64,000 nt of DNA, taken from the NCBI GenBank assembly GCA_034520965.1, contig JAXHMY010000002.1:64001-128000 (forward strand), read 5' to 3'. Below, piece after piece: positions 41,736 to 51,659 of this stretch. Source of the DNA: Spirochaetia bacterium (GTDB taxonomy: Bacteria; Spirochaetota; Spirochaetia; DSM-16054; Sediminispirochaetaceae). The number at the start of each line of letters is the position of its first letter. The stretch's first letter is position 1. The notes beneath the pieces were generated by a model. The model searched no databases and was not told the origin of the DNA. It saw only the letters and a program-made list of their open reading frames with translations. The position numbers and the translations under genes are program-made.

Positions 41736-42284
41736 TTACCACACTCCGAACTTTTTAATACCTGTAATAACCAGTTCAGCTGCCTTGCGGGCATCCGTAC
41801 GGGGAATTTGGGCCTCTTTGTTGAGTGTTTCTTGGAAGAAGAAATTTAATGTATCCAACACCTCTTCGGTTTTGTAGAAAATCAAAGAAAAATTGACTCC
41901 GGTTGGTCGAAGGATAGTAAAGGAGGAATACGAAATAATCGGTTCTTTACTTACCATTACCCGGGTTTGATTTTTCGCGCTAAAAGTATCTACTTCGGAA
42001 AAACGATGTGGAATCTTCAGTCCGCGATCACGTCGAAACGGTTCGATATACTTTTGCGGGAAGCTTGCCGGCTCGACAAGGACAAACAGTTTACTCCCGT
42101 CGGTTTCAAAGGTGAGCCCTTCATCACTTGCATAGAGGTTTTTTACATTGTCATAGGACACTACTTCATAAATAGCATAGGCCGAGGTTTCTTTAAAAAA
42201 AGAGGAAACAATATACCCTCCCTCTTCTTTGGGTAATTTGCCTTGTGAGTATGCCTGAAACAGATCGAGTGCTTTTGGTGCCAT
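41736..42284 (-). CDS. Hypothetical protein
   Basis: 182-aa ORF with RBS AAGGAG; no motif recognised. Confidence 0.75.
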   Translation of the reverse strand: MAPKALDLFQAYSQGKLPKEEGGYIVSSFFKETSAYAIYEVVSYDNVKNLYASDEGLTFETDGSKLFVLVEPASFPQKYIEPFRRDRGLKIPHRFSEVDTFSAKNQTRVMVSKEPIISYSSFTILRPTGVNFSLIFYKTEEVLDTLNFFFQETLNKEAQIPRTDARKAAELVITGIKKFGVW

Positions 42285-42301
42285 TATCCGCTCCTTTCTT
42301 A

Positions 42302-42367
42302 TAGTTTCGCATGCCGCTTCGCGGCAACCGAAACAGCGAAAATAGCCGTATCCGGCTATTTTCTTAT
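42302..42367 (+). repeat. Dispersed repeat family B, copy 2
   Basis: TAGTTTCG-N19-CGAAAC..CGAAAATAGCCGTATCCGGCTATTTTCTTAT. Confidence 0.75.
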
Positions 42368-42425
42368 ATTACACAGTATAGTATCAATAATTTAGAAGTC
42401 AATCCAGTAATTTTTTTTCTTGCCA

Positions 42426-42560
42426 GCAATTCGCAATTTGAAAATTTTGGAAAATTTCAAATTGCGAATGCTTACATTTTGTTTAAGATAAGTAGTTTAT
42501 CTTAAATATTTTATGGGAATTCTCATTTTGGAATCTTATGACTTCCAAAATGAGAATTCC
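42426..42560. repeat. Cluster of three palindromes: two family A copies (42426-42471, 42516-42560) flanking an AT-rich hairpin (42482-42506)
   Basis: GCAATTCGCAATTTGAAA…TTTCAAATTGCGAATGC; TTTAAGATAA-GTAGT-TTATCTTAAA; GGAATTCTCATTTTGGAA…TTCCAAAATGAGAATTCC. Confidence 0.8.
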
Positions 42561-42596
42561 TGTTTTCTTGCAGTTCAGCGCGTTTAGACCGGGCGT

Positions 42597-44492
42597 TTAA
42601 ACGGTTGCAGATTTTAAGTTTTCAGCCCGCTCGTAAAAACGCTGTGCAAATTGCTCCATGCCCCGCTGTCGATAAATTTCCGCCACATTGTAATAGGCTC
42701 TCCAGTCCGTCGGTTCTACTTCCTGGGCGGAACGAAATGCCTCTAAGGCGGCGGAAGAATTACCCGCTTTGTACTGCATAACCCCATAAATGAGATACAA
42801 GTTAAGCGAAGGTGAGGGGAGATATGCAATGGCAGCCGACAATAGCTGCAGCGCATGGGTTTTCCGCCCGGTTTTCGACAAACAAAATATGAGAGGGCGT
42901 AGGTATTCCTCTTTTTCGGGCTCCTGCTGCAAGAGTCCCCGATATATCACGGCCGCCTGGTTGTAATCCTTAATCTTTCGATAACAAATTGCCCGGATAC
43001 GGTTTAGATACCGCGAATCCTGTACATAGGGAAGGACAGCTTCTATCTGCTTTAAGGCGGACTGATATTTTTCATCGGCATATAAGTGTTGAATATAGGC
43101 GGTTCTGATTTCTATGTCGTGGGGTTCAAGTTTGAGATAATTTTTACAGAGGCGGCCGAGGTCGGGCAGCTTAACCTCATCGCGCAGTTCAATAATTCCT
43201 CGGTATGCTTCTGTATTCTCAGACGAAAGGCGTATGCCCTTCCGGTACCACTTGACGGCCTGTTCCGGTTGGTCATCGTCAGCATACGTGTCGGCAACAG
43301 CTTGAATCAGCAGTAGATCGGGGCCAAACTCTTTTATCGCTCCATACAGCTCATCTAATATAGTCTGAATGTCGAGGGGTAAACGACTTCTGCACACAAC
43401 CCGGTAATAACGGGCGGACTCATTGTCGGGATGATAATGAAGGATACTATCTATCTGCTGCAGCATTTTAGGGTATTCACCTATATCCCACCAGATCATG
43501 CTCAATCCAAAATGTGCATGTAAATTCGAACGATCCCGCTCAACCGCCCGGGTAAAGTGATTTATAGCCCATTCGGTGTATCCCAGCCCCCGATAGGACT
43601 CCGCCACCAGCAATCGGATTGGAATATCCCGGCTGTTTTGCTTAAGTATATATAGGCCATGATCTAGGGCTTTTTGGTAGTCCCCCCGCTGGAGATATTG
43701 AAAGGCCAGGGCATGGTCCGCCTCACTGCTCTGTACAAGTGGAGAATTGGGATGGGTGCGTGCCAACAGACTTAGCAATTCACGCCCGCGCTGCTCATTA
43801 CCGGACTGGATGTTGAGAATTGCGGTTCGATACAGTATCAGCTCATCCTCGGGTGATTCAGCAAAAGCCGCCTCATAAGCCTCAACAGCCGCCTCATACT
43901 CACCGGTCTGACGGTACAACATTCCAAGATACAAATTGGTAAGAATATTCTCTTTACCCTTTTGTTTTAAAAACTCAAAAGCTTCTCCGGCATACTTGGT
44001 ATCTCCAGCCCTGAAATGCTGTATTCCGCTGACTAACAGCGCATTCAAATAGCCGGAGTAGAGATTTTGATCGGTTGGATACTCCTCGACTAATCTTCCT
44101 AAGATATCAGAGGCCTCGTCCGGCTTGTGTAGTTTTAGCAGGGTATAGGCCAGTAGCATTGCAGGCTGGAAAAATCCGGGTTTGAGACAAAGGCACTTTC
44201 TAAAATGTACAGCCGCGGAGGAATGGATATTCATCGCTAAAAATGATCTTCCCAAGAAAAAATGACCCGCCGCCGAGTCCGAGCGTCGATTGACAAAAGT
44301 GCGCAGTGCATCTATGGCCCGAGAGTATTCGCCTATCCCGTGAAAACTCCGTCCAAGGTAGAGAAAGGCTTCATCCATACTGTCGTCTGCGCTGATAAGA
44401 TAGAGAAGCTTATTCGCCGCTTTACGGTACTCTCGTTTTCGCCCCAACTCTATAGCCTCTTGGAGCAATTGGCTGGTTTCAGAGGTGTTCAT
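42597..44492 (-). CDS. Cytoplasmic TPR-repeat protein
   Basis: 631 aa of repeated TPR motifs (AFLYLGR, AGHFFLGR, AYYNVAEIY). Confidence 0.85.
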   Translation of the reverse strand: MNTSETSQLLQEAIELGRKREYRKAANKLLYLISADDSMDEAFLYLGRSFHGIGEYSRAIDALRTFVNRRSDSAAGHFFLGRSFLAMNIHSSAAVHFRKCLCLKPGFFQPAMLLAYTLLKLHKPDEASDILGRLVEEYPTDQNLYSGYLNALLVSGIQHFRAGDTKYAGEAFEFLKQKGKENILTNLYLGMLYRQTGEYEAAVEAYEAAFAESPEDELILYRTAILNIQSGNEQRGRELLSLLARTHPNSPLVQSSEADHALAFQYLQRGDYQKALDHGLYILKQNSRDIPIRLLVAESYRGLGYTEWAINHFTRAVERDRSNLHAHFGLSMIWWDIGEYPKMLQQIDSILHYHPDNESARYYRVVCRSRLPLDIQTILDELYGAIKEFGPDLLLIQAVADTYADDDQPEQAVKWYRKGIRLSSENTEAYRGIIELRDEVKLPDLGRLCKNYLKLEPHDIEIRTAYIQHLYADEKYQSALKQIEAVLPYVQDSRYLNRIRAICYRKIKDYNQAAVIYRGLLQQEPEKEEYLRPLIFCLSKTGRKTHALQLLSAAIAYLPSPSLNLYLIYGVMQYKAGNSSAALEAFRSAQEVEPTDWRAYYNVAEIYRQRGMEQFAQRFYERAENLKSATV

Positions 44493-44595
44493 ACCTGTAT
44501 GCTACTGTGTGAAGAACTATTTTTCCACCTTTTTTAGCCGTCAAATTGACAAATATTGATCTTTCTGTAAACATAGACGGGTCTGGAGGCAAAAA

Positions 44596-45816
44596 ATGAA
44601 GGTAGTAGTAATAGGGGCCCAATGGGGCGATGAAGGAAAGGGTAAGATAGTTGATTTTCTGGCGGAACAATCAGATTTGGTGGTTCGTTTCTCCGGCGGC
44701 GCAAACGCAGGCCACACGGTAGTACTCCGTGATAAAACCTACAAACTGCATTTAGTTCCCTCTGGTGTAGTCTACGAGGATAAGCTGGTTGTATTGGGTT
44801 CAGGTATGGTCATTGATCCGGAAAGCCTGTTCAATGAACTAGCTACCCTTGAGGAGCAGGGCATCAACTGGCAGGGAAGGGTATTTATATCCGACCGGGC
44901 CCACGTGGTTCTACCTGAATATAAAGAAACCGATAAGCAGATGGACAGTAAGCGCAGAAATCCAATTGGAACTACCGGCCGTGGAATCGGAGTTGCCTAC
45001 GCACAGAAGGCGAACCGTGACGGTATTCGCATTGGAGACTTAAACGATAACGAATTTCTCACAAGCCTCCGTCCGAATGAACGGGAATTCCTAGACCCGT
45101 TTATTGACCGCCTCCGAACAATGAGTATCAACCTTGCGGAGTTCATGCAGAATTACAGTAATGAAAAAGTACTCTATGAAGGGGCTCAAGGGGTTCTTCT
45201 TGATATTGACGTGGGCAGTTATCCCTATGTGTCCTCCGGCTGTTCGGCTGCCGCTGGGGCCTGTGTCGGTGGTGCTATTGGACCACGCAGTATTGACCAA
45301 GTTCTTGCAGTATTTAAAGCATACAGTACAAGAGTAGGGAATGGACCATTTCCCTCAGAATTTACCCATGAGCGGGACGGTGACCTGGGAGATACCATCC
45401 GTGAAATTGGGCATGAATATGGAGTTACAACCGGAAGACCTCGCAGATGCGGGTATTTAGATTTAGTAGCAATGCGTTATGCCTGTCAGACAAACTCTAT
45501 TGATTCACTAGTACTTACACATCCGGACGTATACGATACCTTCGATGAAGTTTCCGTGTGTGTCGCCTACAAAATCGATGGGCAGGAAACAACATCCTTC
45601 CCCTCTTCGGCCAGAAAGCTGGAAAGAGCCGAACCGGTACTGAAAAAGTTTCCGGGATGGAAAAAGTCTATCACTGCAGCCACTTCTTTCGATGAGCTAC
45701 CGGAAAATTGCCGAAGCTACATCAACTTTATCGAAGAATACACAGGCACGGCAGTCGGAATAGTATCGGTGGGTCCCGACCGGACTCAGACTTTCATTCG
45801 AAAAAAAGTGTGGTAG
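44596..45816 (+). CDS. purA: Adenylosuccinate synthetase
   Basis: GAQWGDEGKGK, GGANAGHT, GTTGRGIG, EGAQG, EYGVTTGRPRRCG. Confidence 0.97.
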   Translation: MKVVVIGAQWGDEGKGKIVDFLAEQSDLVVRFSGGANAGHTVVLRDKTYKLHLVPSGVVYEDKLVVLGSGMVIDPESLFNELATLEEQGINWQGRVFISDRAHVVLPEYKETDKQMDSKRRNPIGTTGRGIGVAYAQKANRDGIRIGDLNDNEFLTSLRPNEREFLDPFIDRLRTMSINLAEFMQNYSNEKVLYEGAQGVLLDIDVGSYPYVSSGCSAAAGACVGGAIGPRSIDQVLAVFKAYSTRVGNGPFPSEFTHERDGDLGDTIREIGHEYGVTTGRPRRCGYLDLVAMRYACQTNSIDSLVLTHPDVYDTFDEVSVCVAYKIDGQETTSFPSSARKLERAEPVLKKFPGWKKSITAATSFDELPENCRSYINFIEEYTGTAVGIVSVGPDRTQTFIRKKVW

Positions 45817-45844
45817 CTCGAATTCAGAAACATTACCCAATTTA

Positions 45845-45874
45845 GGACGCCCTGTAAAATTTTACAGGGCGTCC
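45845..45874. terminator. Perfect 30-bp palindrome between convergent genes (probable terminator)
   Basis: GGACGCCCTGTAAAA|TTTTACAGGGCGTCC. Confidence 0.6.
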
Positions 45875-45894
45875 AGTGCGTATAAAGGAAACTC

Positions 45895-46173
45895 TTATGT
45901 CGGAACAAATTCAACATTAAAATCGGAAAATTGCCTGTTCAGTTCCTCTTTTATTAGTCGATAGAGGGTGTTCTCAATTGCCATTGATATCCCCACGCAG
46001 GTCATACAAGCAGGCCGATGAGAGCTAAACTTAGTAAACACATAAATTGTAGACCCCTCCTCGCTGTACCGAAATTTCTCAATAACTCCTAGATCACCAA
46101 TCGGAAGATTACTTTCCGGGTCTTTTACATTCTCTAACACCGCATCAAGCTTGTTTTTAACTTTCTGGTCCAT
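45895..46173 (-). CDS. DUF59/FeS-assembly-like small protein
   Basis: LENVKDPESNLPIGDLGVI and PACMTC. Confidence 0.65.
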   Translation of the reverse strand: MDQKVKNKLDAVLENVKDPESNLPIGDLGVIEKFRYSEEGSTIYVFTKFSSHRPACMTCVGISMAIENTLYRLIKEELNRQFSDFNVEFVPT

Positions 46174-46175
46174 AT

Positions 46176-46388
46176 CTACTTTTGTGTTGATTCCGACTTC
46201 GTGTTGAGACCTATAATTTTATACAAGCCGCAGAAACTCATTGCACCCGTTGCCAGCAACACCACCGCCGCGATTCCTAATATAACCGCCAGACTACCTT
46301 CAACAGTACCAGTTAAAACCAAAGCTAAAAACACAATTGAAATTACGTACCTTACAATTTTATCAACCTTGCCTACATTCTTGTTCAT
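46176..46388 (-). CDS. DUF2892 (YgaP-like) small membrane protein
   Basis: MNKNVGKVDKIVR…two TMs…FCGLYKIIGLNT; RBS AAGGAG. Confidence 0.85.
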   Translation of the reverse strand: MNKNVGKVDKIVRYVISIVFLALVLTGTVEGSLAVILGIAAVVLLATGAMSFCGLYKIIGLNTKSESTQK

Positions 46389-46527
46389 TTTGAACTCCTT
46401 ATAAAAATACTACTATATAGATAATATATAAACAGAATGTCACAAATACAACAAAAAAAGCTGGATCGCGGTAGTAGCAATCCAGCTTTAATCTATGTAA
46501 ACCCACAAATGGATAAGGAGAAACTCC

Positions 46528-46749
46528 TTATGCCGCCGGGCGGGTAGACGAGTTTTTCATCACGGAGTTTATACCGCTCTCAAGAAACAGCCGTTCATAC
46601 TGCTGTTTTGCAAGAATCAGATATGACCATGTTACAGCAAAGGCAGAAATAATAATTCCCGCTAGAAGTACGTGTATATTCAACTGTAATTGAACTGCAA
46701 GACCGCTGAGAAAGATTCCACTAAATAATAGTGTTAGTGCATATTTCAT
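46528..46749 (-). CDS. Small two-TM hypothetical protein
   Basis: RBS AAGGGGGA; putative promoter TTGACA (46813-46808), 17 bp, TAAATT (46790-46785); downstream hairpin AAAGCTGGAT…ATCCAGCTTT. Confidence 0.55.
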   Translation of the reverse strand: MKYALTLLFSGIFLSGLAVQLQLNIHVLLAGIIISAFAVTWSYLILAKQQYERLFLESGINSVMKNSSTRPAA

Positions 46750-46836
46750 AAGATCCCCCTTAAAAATATCTTTATATCGATAATAATTTAACGTTTTATC
46801 ACAATAGTGTCAAGGCTTTCTTATGATTTTTAGAAC

Positions 46837-47806
46837 TTAATGCTGATTTTTTTCAGTAGCCGACTTGATAAAAGCTTCAACTTCACCGGCGTTAGTCATG
46901 CCTGAACGTGCTCCCATAACTATTGTGTTAAGCGCACCGCAGGCATTTGCAAATTGAGCGATTCTACGCAGAGGCCACTGCTTTATCAAGCCATACAGCA
47001 TGCCGGCGTGAAAGGCATCACCGGATCCGGTACCGTCTACGGGGGTAATCGTAAAGGCCGGACTCTGAAAACTCTCTTCGGCGGAGGCCACAAAACAGCC
47101 CTCACTGCCGTGCAGATCAGGGCGACAACTTCGTTCCCGTATCGCTGCTGCAGGGTTTCGGCCATTTTAAGCGGATCAGCTGTGTCTGCCAGCTGTTCCG
47201 CAGCGCCAATACAGGGGATAAAGTAATCGCAAAGTCGAATTAGCTCATCGAGCTCTTCGGCACTGCAGAGGCCCAGTTCATTGATCAAATCGTGTGAGGG
47301 TATATCTAAATCGAAGCTGACCTTTACCCCATTTCTCTTGGCAATAATTGCCGCCTCAATTGAGGGAGCCAATTTCATCTCTGAGCCTTCCAAATGCAGT
47401 ACACGCGCAGAGGATATGTAATTCTGACAGCTGCGTATATATTCGATGGTAATCGTATCGAGCACATTTGGAAAAAGGTGATTGTCCGTTCCCCCTCTTT
47501 ATCAACCACAATCCATGTCCACGGAGAATGCGTTCCGGCTTCTACTGTACAGGCCGACATATCAATACCGTCTTCCCGGCTATATTGTTGCAGCAATGAA
47601 CCGAAGTTATCATCACCAATTTTGCCGATAAAGCCGGTTTTTAATCCTAATCGAGCCAGGCCGGTAAGGGTATTTCCCATAACGCCGCCGGGATAAAGCT
47701 CATACTTCTCTGGTGGACACACAACCTTGGCATCGGCAGTGGGTATCCGATACAGTTGTATAACTTGATCAATTGCATTTACTCCGAAACCTACTATATC
47801 TAACAT
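46837..47806 (-). CDS. PfkB/ribokinase-family carbohydrate kinase, split by two frameshifts (about 47470 and 47115)
   Basis: GGVMGNTLTGLARLG…GKIGDDNFG (signature 1), VSFD, VDGTGSGDAFHAG (signature 2) spread over three ORFs. Confidence 0.85.
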
Positions 47807-47930
47807 AAAACAAAGTATAGCTTGCACATCGAAAATGGGCAAATTATTTTTTTTGCGGCTCAAGCAGTGCTCAAGCAGTGCTAAACTGCATAAACACCGG
47901 AAACCTTCCTGGAAATCTTCCCAAAAACCA

Positions 47931-50120
47931 TCAGCCGGGAAAGCGCAGCAGCCAGGTACGGTGAATCTTTTTATTTCTTGAAAAATCCTGGGGGAGGGTT
48001 TCCAGGCTTATTTCCTTGATGTCAAACAAATCATACAGGGCTGGGTCCAGCTGAAAGCGACGATAATTGTTTGAAAATATTATTTCTCCTGAAGGTTTCA
48101 AATGTTCCGCTGCAAGAGTAAGCACGCGCACATGGTCTCTTTGAACATCGAATACATTCTCATCGCTTTTACGGTTGGAAAAGGTGGGAGGATCTACAAA
48201 AATAAGGTCGTAAGTCTCGAAATCGGATGAGAGAAACTCAAAAACATCCCGTCGAACAAACAAATGCGAATCCGAAGTATAGCGGTTCAAAGCGAAGTTC
48301 TTTTTTCCCCACTCCAGATAAGTATTACTGGTATCAACTGAGACGGTTTTTACTGCCCCGCCATCCGCAGCGTACACACTGGCAGTGCAGGTATAAGCAA
48401 ACAGATTTAGAAATTTTGATTGATCAGATTTTTTCCGTATAATTGACCTAGTAATGCGATGGTCAAGAAACAGGCCTGTATCCAGGTAATCAGCAAAATT
48501 GACATAAAACTTAAGCCCCCCTTCTTTCACTATAAAAAACTCGTGCTCAGCGCCCATCTTTGAATATTGGGAAGAGCCCTTCTGACGTTTTCGCTGCTTC
48601 AGAAAGATACTGTTTTCATCAATTTCAAAACATTGAGGAATAGCTGCAAGGAGCTCTTGTAAACGCTGTTCGGCGGCCTCCGGTTCAATCTCTTTGGGAG
48701 GAGCGTATTCCTGAACTACCGCGTAACGATCTTCATATACATCCACAGCAGCCGCATATTGAGGTATATCCGCATCGTATATCCGATAAGAGCTCACAGC
48801 GTTCTTCTTTAGATACTTTTTTAAGAGGCGCTTGTTCTTTAATATGCGATTTACAAGCATATTTACACCGGAGGTCTGATCATCATCTTGAACGGAAGGT
48901 GTACCTTTGGTGAAAGTAGAGCCACCGGCAGCATCCTCGGGCGGAACAAATGAATTAGCTGTATCAAGGGTAATTCTTACCAATACAATTTTCAGGTTTC
49001 CATTGTAAATTGTATTAATTCTATCGGCGCGTAGGCCTAACTGCTTGGCCGCAGCCTTATCGGGGGCCAAAATCGCGGCGGTATAGTTGGGAAAATGTTC
49101 TTTTATCCATTTACCAAACTGCGAATAAAGGAGATCTACCTCCTCACGTTTTTGCAGACGCACCCCGTAGGGAGGGTTGGCAACCATCAGCCCCGGTGCG
49201 GCCGCTTGCAGGGGAACTTCCAAATGCTCGAAGGGCTGGGTTTTTAACTGAATTTTATCCGAGAGGCCGGCCCGCTTTATGTTTTCAGCAGCTGCATCTA
49301 CAGCCTTCCGGCTTTTGTCGGATCCATAAATAGGAGGTATCTGTGAAAGTCCCTTCGCTCTGGCTGTTTCAGCCTCAGAGTGCACAGCATTCCAGGTTTC
49401 GGTTTCATGGTCTTTCCATGCCTCAAAGCCGAAGCGCCTTCGCAGCAATCCGGGGGCAATATTTCCGGCTATCAGTGCAGCTTCGATCGGCAGGGTTCCG
49501 GACCCGCACATGGGGTCAATCAACGCCCCTCCCTGAGCTGCAATCTCCGGCCAGCCGGCTTTGAGAAGTATGCCCGCTGCGCTCGTCTCTCTCAGTGGAG
49601 CCTTGGTGCCGCTTAAGCGGTAGCCGCGTCTATGCAGGCTGTCACCGGACAAATCTAAGTATACCGTAGCACTCTGTTTTTCCGTATGCAGATGAAAACG
49701 CATATCCGGATTTTCGGTATCCACATTAGGCCGCTCGCCGAAGCTCTTCCTAAAGGAGTCTACAACCGCATCTTTTACCTTGAGTGCTGCATAATTGGCA
49801 TTCTTTACCCTCGATTTAGATACATTCGCATCGATAGCAAAGGTTGATGAAATCGAAAAGAGATCTTTCCAGTTAACTTCAGCTGCACCGGTGTAAATAT
49901 CATCTTCCTGGGTAAACTCAAATTCATGTAATTTCAGGAGCACCCGAGAAGCAACTCTGGACCACAGGCAGAGTTGATAGGCGGTACGCAGCTCACCCCT
50001 AGCGCGGCAGCCGGCCACGGTTTGTTTTATATCGGATGCACCCAGTACTTCCAGCTCGTCCTTCAAAAGTGGCTCGAGATAGCGGGTGCAGGTAATAAAG
50101 AGCGTATACATGTTTCTCAC
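47931..50120 (-). CDS. rlmKL: Bifunctional 23S rRNA methyltransferase RlmKL
   Basis: THUMP, SLHRRGYR, DPMCGSGT, NPPYG; second MTase with DYLDTGLFLDHR, LNLFAYT, DPPTFSN. Confidence 0.93.
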   Translation of the reverse strand: MRNMYTLFITCTRYLEPLLKDELEVLGASDIKQTVAGCRARGELRTAYQLCLWSRVASRVLLKLHEFEFTQEDDIYTGAAEVNWKDLFSISSTFAIDANVSKSRVKNANYAALKVKDAVVDSFRKSFGERPNVDTENPDMRFHLHTEKQSATVYLDLSGDSLHRRGYRLSGTKAPLRETSAAGILLKAGWPEIAAQGGALIDPMCGSGTLPIEAALIAGNIAPGLLRRRFGFEAWKDHETETWNAVHSEAETARAKGLSQIPPIYGSDKSRKAVDAAAENIKRAGLSDKIQLKTQPFEHLEVPLQAAAPGLMVANPPYGVRLQKREEVDLLYSQFGKWIKEHFPNYTAAILAPDKAAAKQLGLRADRINTIYNGNLKIVLVRITLDTANSFVPPEDAAGGSTFTKGTPSVQDDDQTSGVNMLVNRILKNKRLLKKYLKKNAVSSYRIYDADIPQYAAAVDVYEDRYAVVQEYAPPKEIEPEAAEQRLQELLAAIPQCFEIDENSIFLKQRKRQKGSSQYSKMGAEHEFFIVKEGGLKFYVNFADYLDTGLFLDHRITRSIIRKKSDQSKFLNLFAYTCTASVYAADGGAVKTVSVDTSNTYLEWGKKNFALNRYTSDSHLFVRRDVFEFLSSDFETYDLIFVDPPTFSNRKSDENVFDVQRDHVRVLTLAAEHLKPSGEIIFSNNYRRFQLDPALYDLFDIKEISLETLPQDFSRNKKIHRTWLLRFPG

Positions 50121-50849
50121 CTAATCATTTATCAGTTGGACATCAGGGGGCAGATTGTAAATTACATCCTTCCGTTCTATAACAATCCGACTTTTTTTCT
50201 GCAGTTCCGCGTCTGCTTTAATACTAGCTAAAAGTTCAAGGGTAGGGTTTATAGCTATCGGTCGCCCAACTCTCCGCAGCATCGATAAATCTCCATTCGT
50301 ATCCCCATACGCATAACTTTCAGTCAAATCGATATTGTAATCTTGCTCCAGCTGATGTATAGCTTTATTTTTACTCTCAGAATCCCACATGGGAACTACC
50401 TCTCCAGTAAAGCGCCCCTGCTGGTCCAGAAGGTATTCAGCACCCCGGTATGCATCTATTCCGAACTTTTCGGCCATTTTTGATACTAAAAAGGTTGGGC
50501 TGCCTGAAATAAAAAGTACCTTATGCAGATTATCCTGGTGCCACTTAATGCGGTCCCGGGTAAATTTATATACAATGTCGCCATTTAATCGAATTACCTG
50601 GCTGCCGATAAACTCAAGATCACTCTTTTTGCGTCCTTTCAACGCTTCAATATAAATATCTATCAACTCCAGCATATAATCTTCGTAGTGTCTTACTCGC
50701 TTACGCCACTCTTTATAGGTGTATTTTACATTCGAATGCCATAAGCGCGGATCGATTACTTCATATTTTACCAGTTTTTTAAAATGTTCTATCATTAACG
50801 AATTACGATGCAAAGTACCGTCAATGTCAAAAAATGCACCAATGTTCAA
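50121..50849 (-). CDS. HAD-superfamily subfamily IB hydrolase
   Basis: FFDIDGTL, ISGS, YAYGDTNGD, INP. Confidence 0.9.
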   Translation of the reverse strand: MNIGAFFDIDGTLHRNSLMIEHFKKLVKYEVIDPRLWHSNVKYTYKEWRKRVRHYEDYMLELIDIYIEALKGRKKSDLEFIGSQVIRLNGDIVYKFTRDRIKWHQDNLHKVLFISGSPTFLVSKMAEKFGIDAYRGAEYLLDQQGRFTGEVVPMWDSESKNKAIHQLEQDYNIDLTESYAYGDTNGDLSMLRRVGRPIAINPTLELLASIKADAELQKKSRIVIERKDVIYNLPPDVQLIND

Positions 50850-50885
50850 TTTAATTCCTCACAGTTTGGATTAATATTGAGTATT

Positions 50886-51524
50886 TCACAGTTTGTTTTG
50901 ATGTTCAACTCTACGGTGGATATACGCGAACTCACTTAGCAGCATTGCAGTTGCTCCCCAGATGCGCCCTTTAGAACTTTTGTAATAGGGTGCGGCTATC
51001 TTTCCACTGCTGGAATCAAATATCCCCTCTTCAGGTTTTTGTAAAAACTCTTTTAGGGGCAGGGGAAGTATCTCCTCCACCTCACTCGGCTGCGGCCGCA
51101 TTTCGACTTTACCATGGGTACAGGCGACTACTGGAGTTACGGAATAGTTACTTACGGCTATAAAAAGTGGCGTCAGAACACCTAATACTTCAACTTCCTT
51201 CGGATCAATACCTATCTCCTCATGCGCTTCGCGCAGAGCAGTTTCGATTGGAAAGTTTTCGGCCCCTTCATGGGCACCACCGGGCAGCGCAATTTGTCCG
51301 CCGTGAGTACCATTTGCGCTACGCCGAATAAGGGGGAGGTAAATTTCAGATTTAGCTTGATACAGCAGAATAAGCACCGCCGCCGACCGGGAATTATGGG
51401 GTTCATTCATATACTGAGCATCAATACGGCCCTTTGGGGAAAGCTCCATATGAACCGACAGCCCCGGCAGTGATTCGGAATTTAGATACTTACACAAGGT
51501 GTCACAGTATTTCTCAAATTGCAT
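50886..51524 (-). CDS. Nudix CoA pyrophosphatase
   Basis: SAAVLILL, HGGQIALPGG…TALREAHEEIG, IWGATA; start at ATG 51524. Confidence 0.88.
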   Translation of the reverse strand: MQFEKYCDTLCKYLNSESLPGLSVHMELSPKGRIDAQYMNEPHNSRSAAVLILLYQAKSEIYLPLIRRSANGTHGGQIALPGGAHEGAENFPIETALREAHEEIGIDPKEVEVLGVLTPLFIAVSNYSVTPVVACTHGKVEMRPQPSEVEEILPLPLKEFLQKPEEGIFDSSSGKIAAPYYKSSKGRIWGATAMLLSEFAYIHRRVEHQNKL

Positions 51525-51578
51525 TATCGTAAGTATTATAACTATTTCCGGCTTATGCAACAACAGGTGGATGGGAGT

Positions 51579-51629
51579 AGCTATTCTCATTTACATGTTG
51601 CATATATTATGAATTCCAAAATGAATTGC
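51579..51629. repeat. Degenerate family A palindrome containing an unoccupied IS target 14-mer
   Basis: AGCTATTCTCATTT (51579-51592) … TTCCAAAATGAATTGC (51614-51629). Confidence 0.6.
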
Positions 51630-51659
51630 TGTTTATAAACGGCTCTGGTATGATAAGCC

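Noticed and set aside
46790..46805. Rex- or Crp-like operator (TTGTGA half-site)
   Set aside because: Only one half-site matches
47858..47882. 11-bp tandem duplication GCTCAAGCAGT x2
   Set aside because: Two copies only, with no functional context
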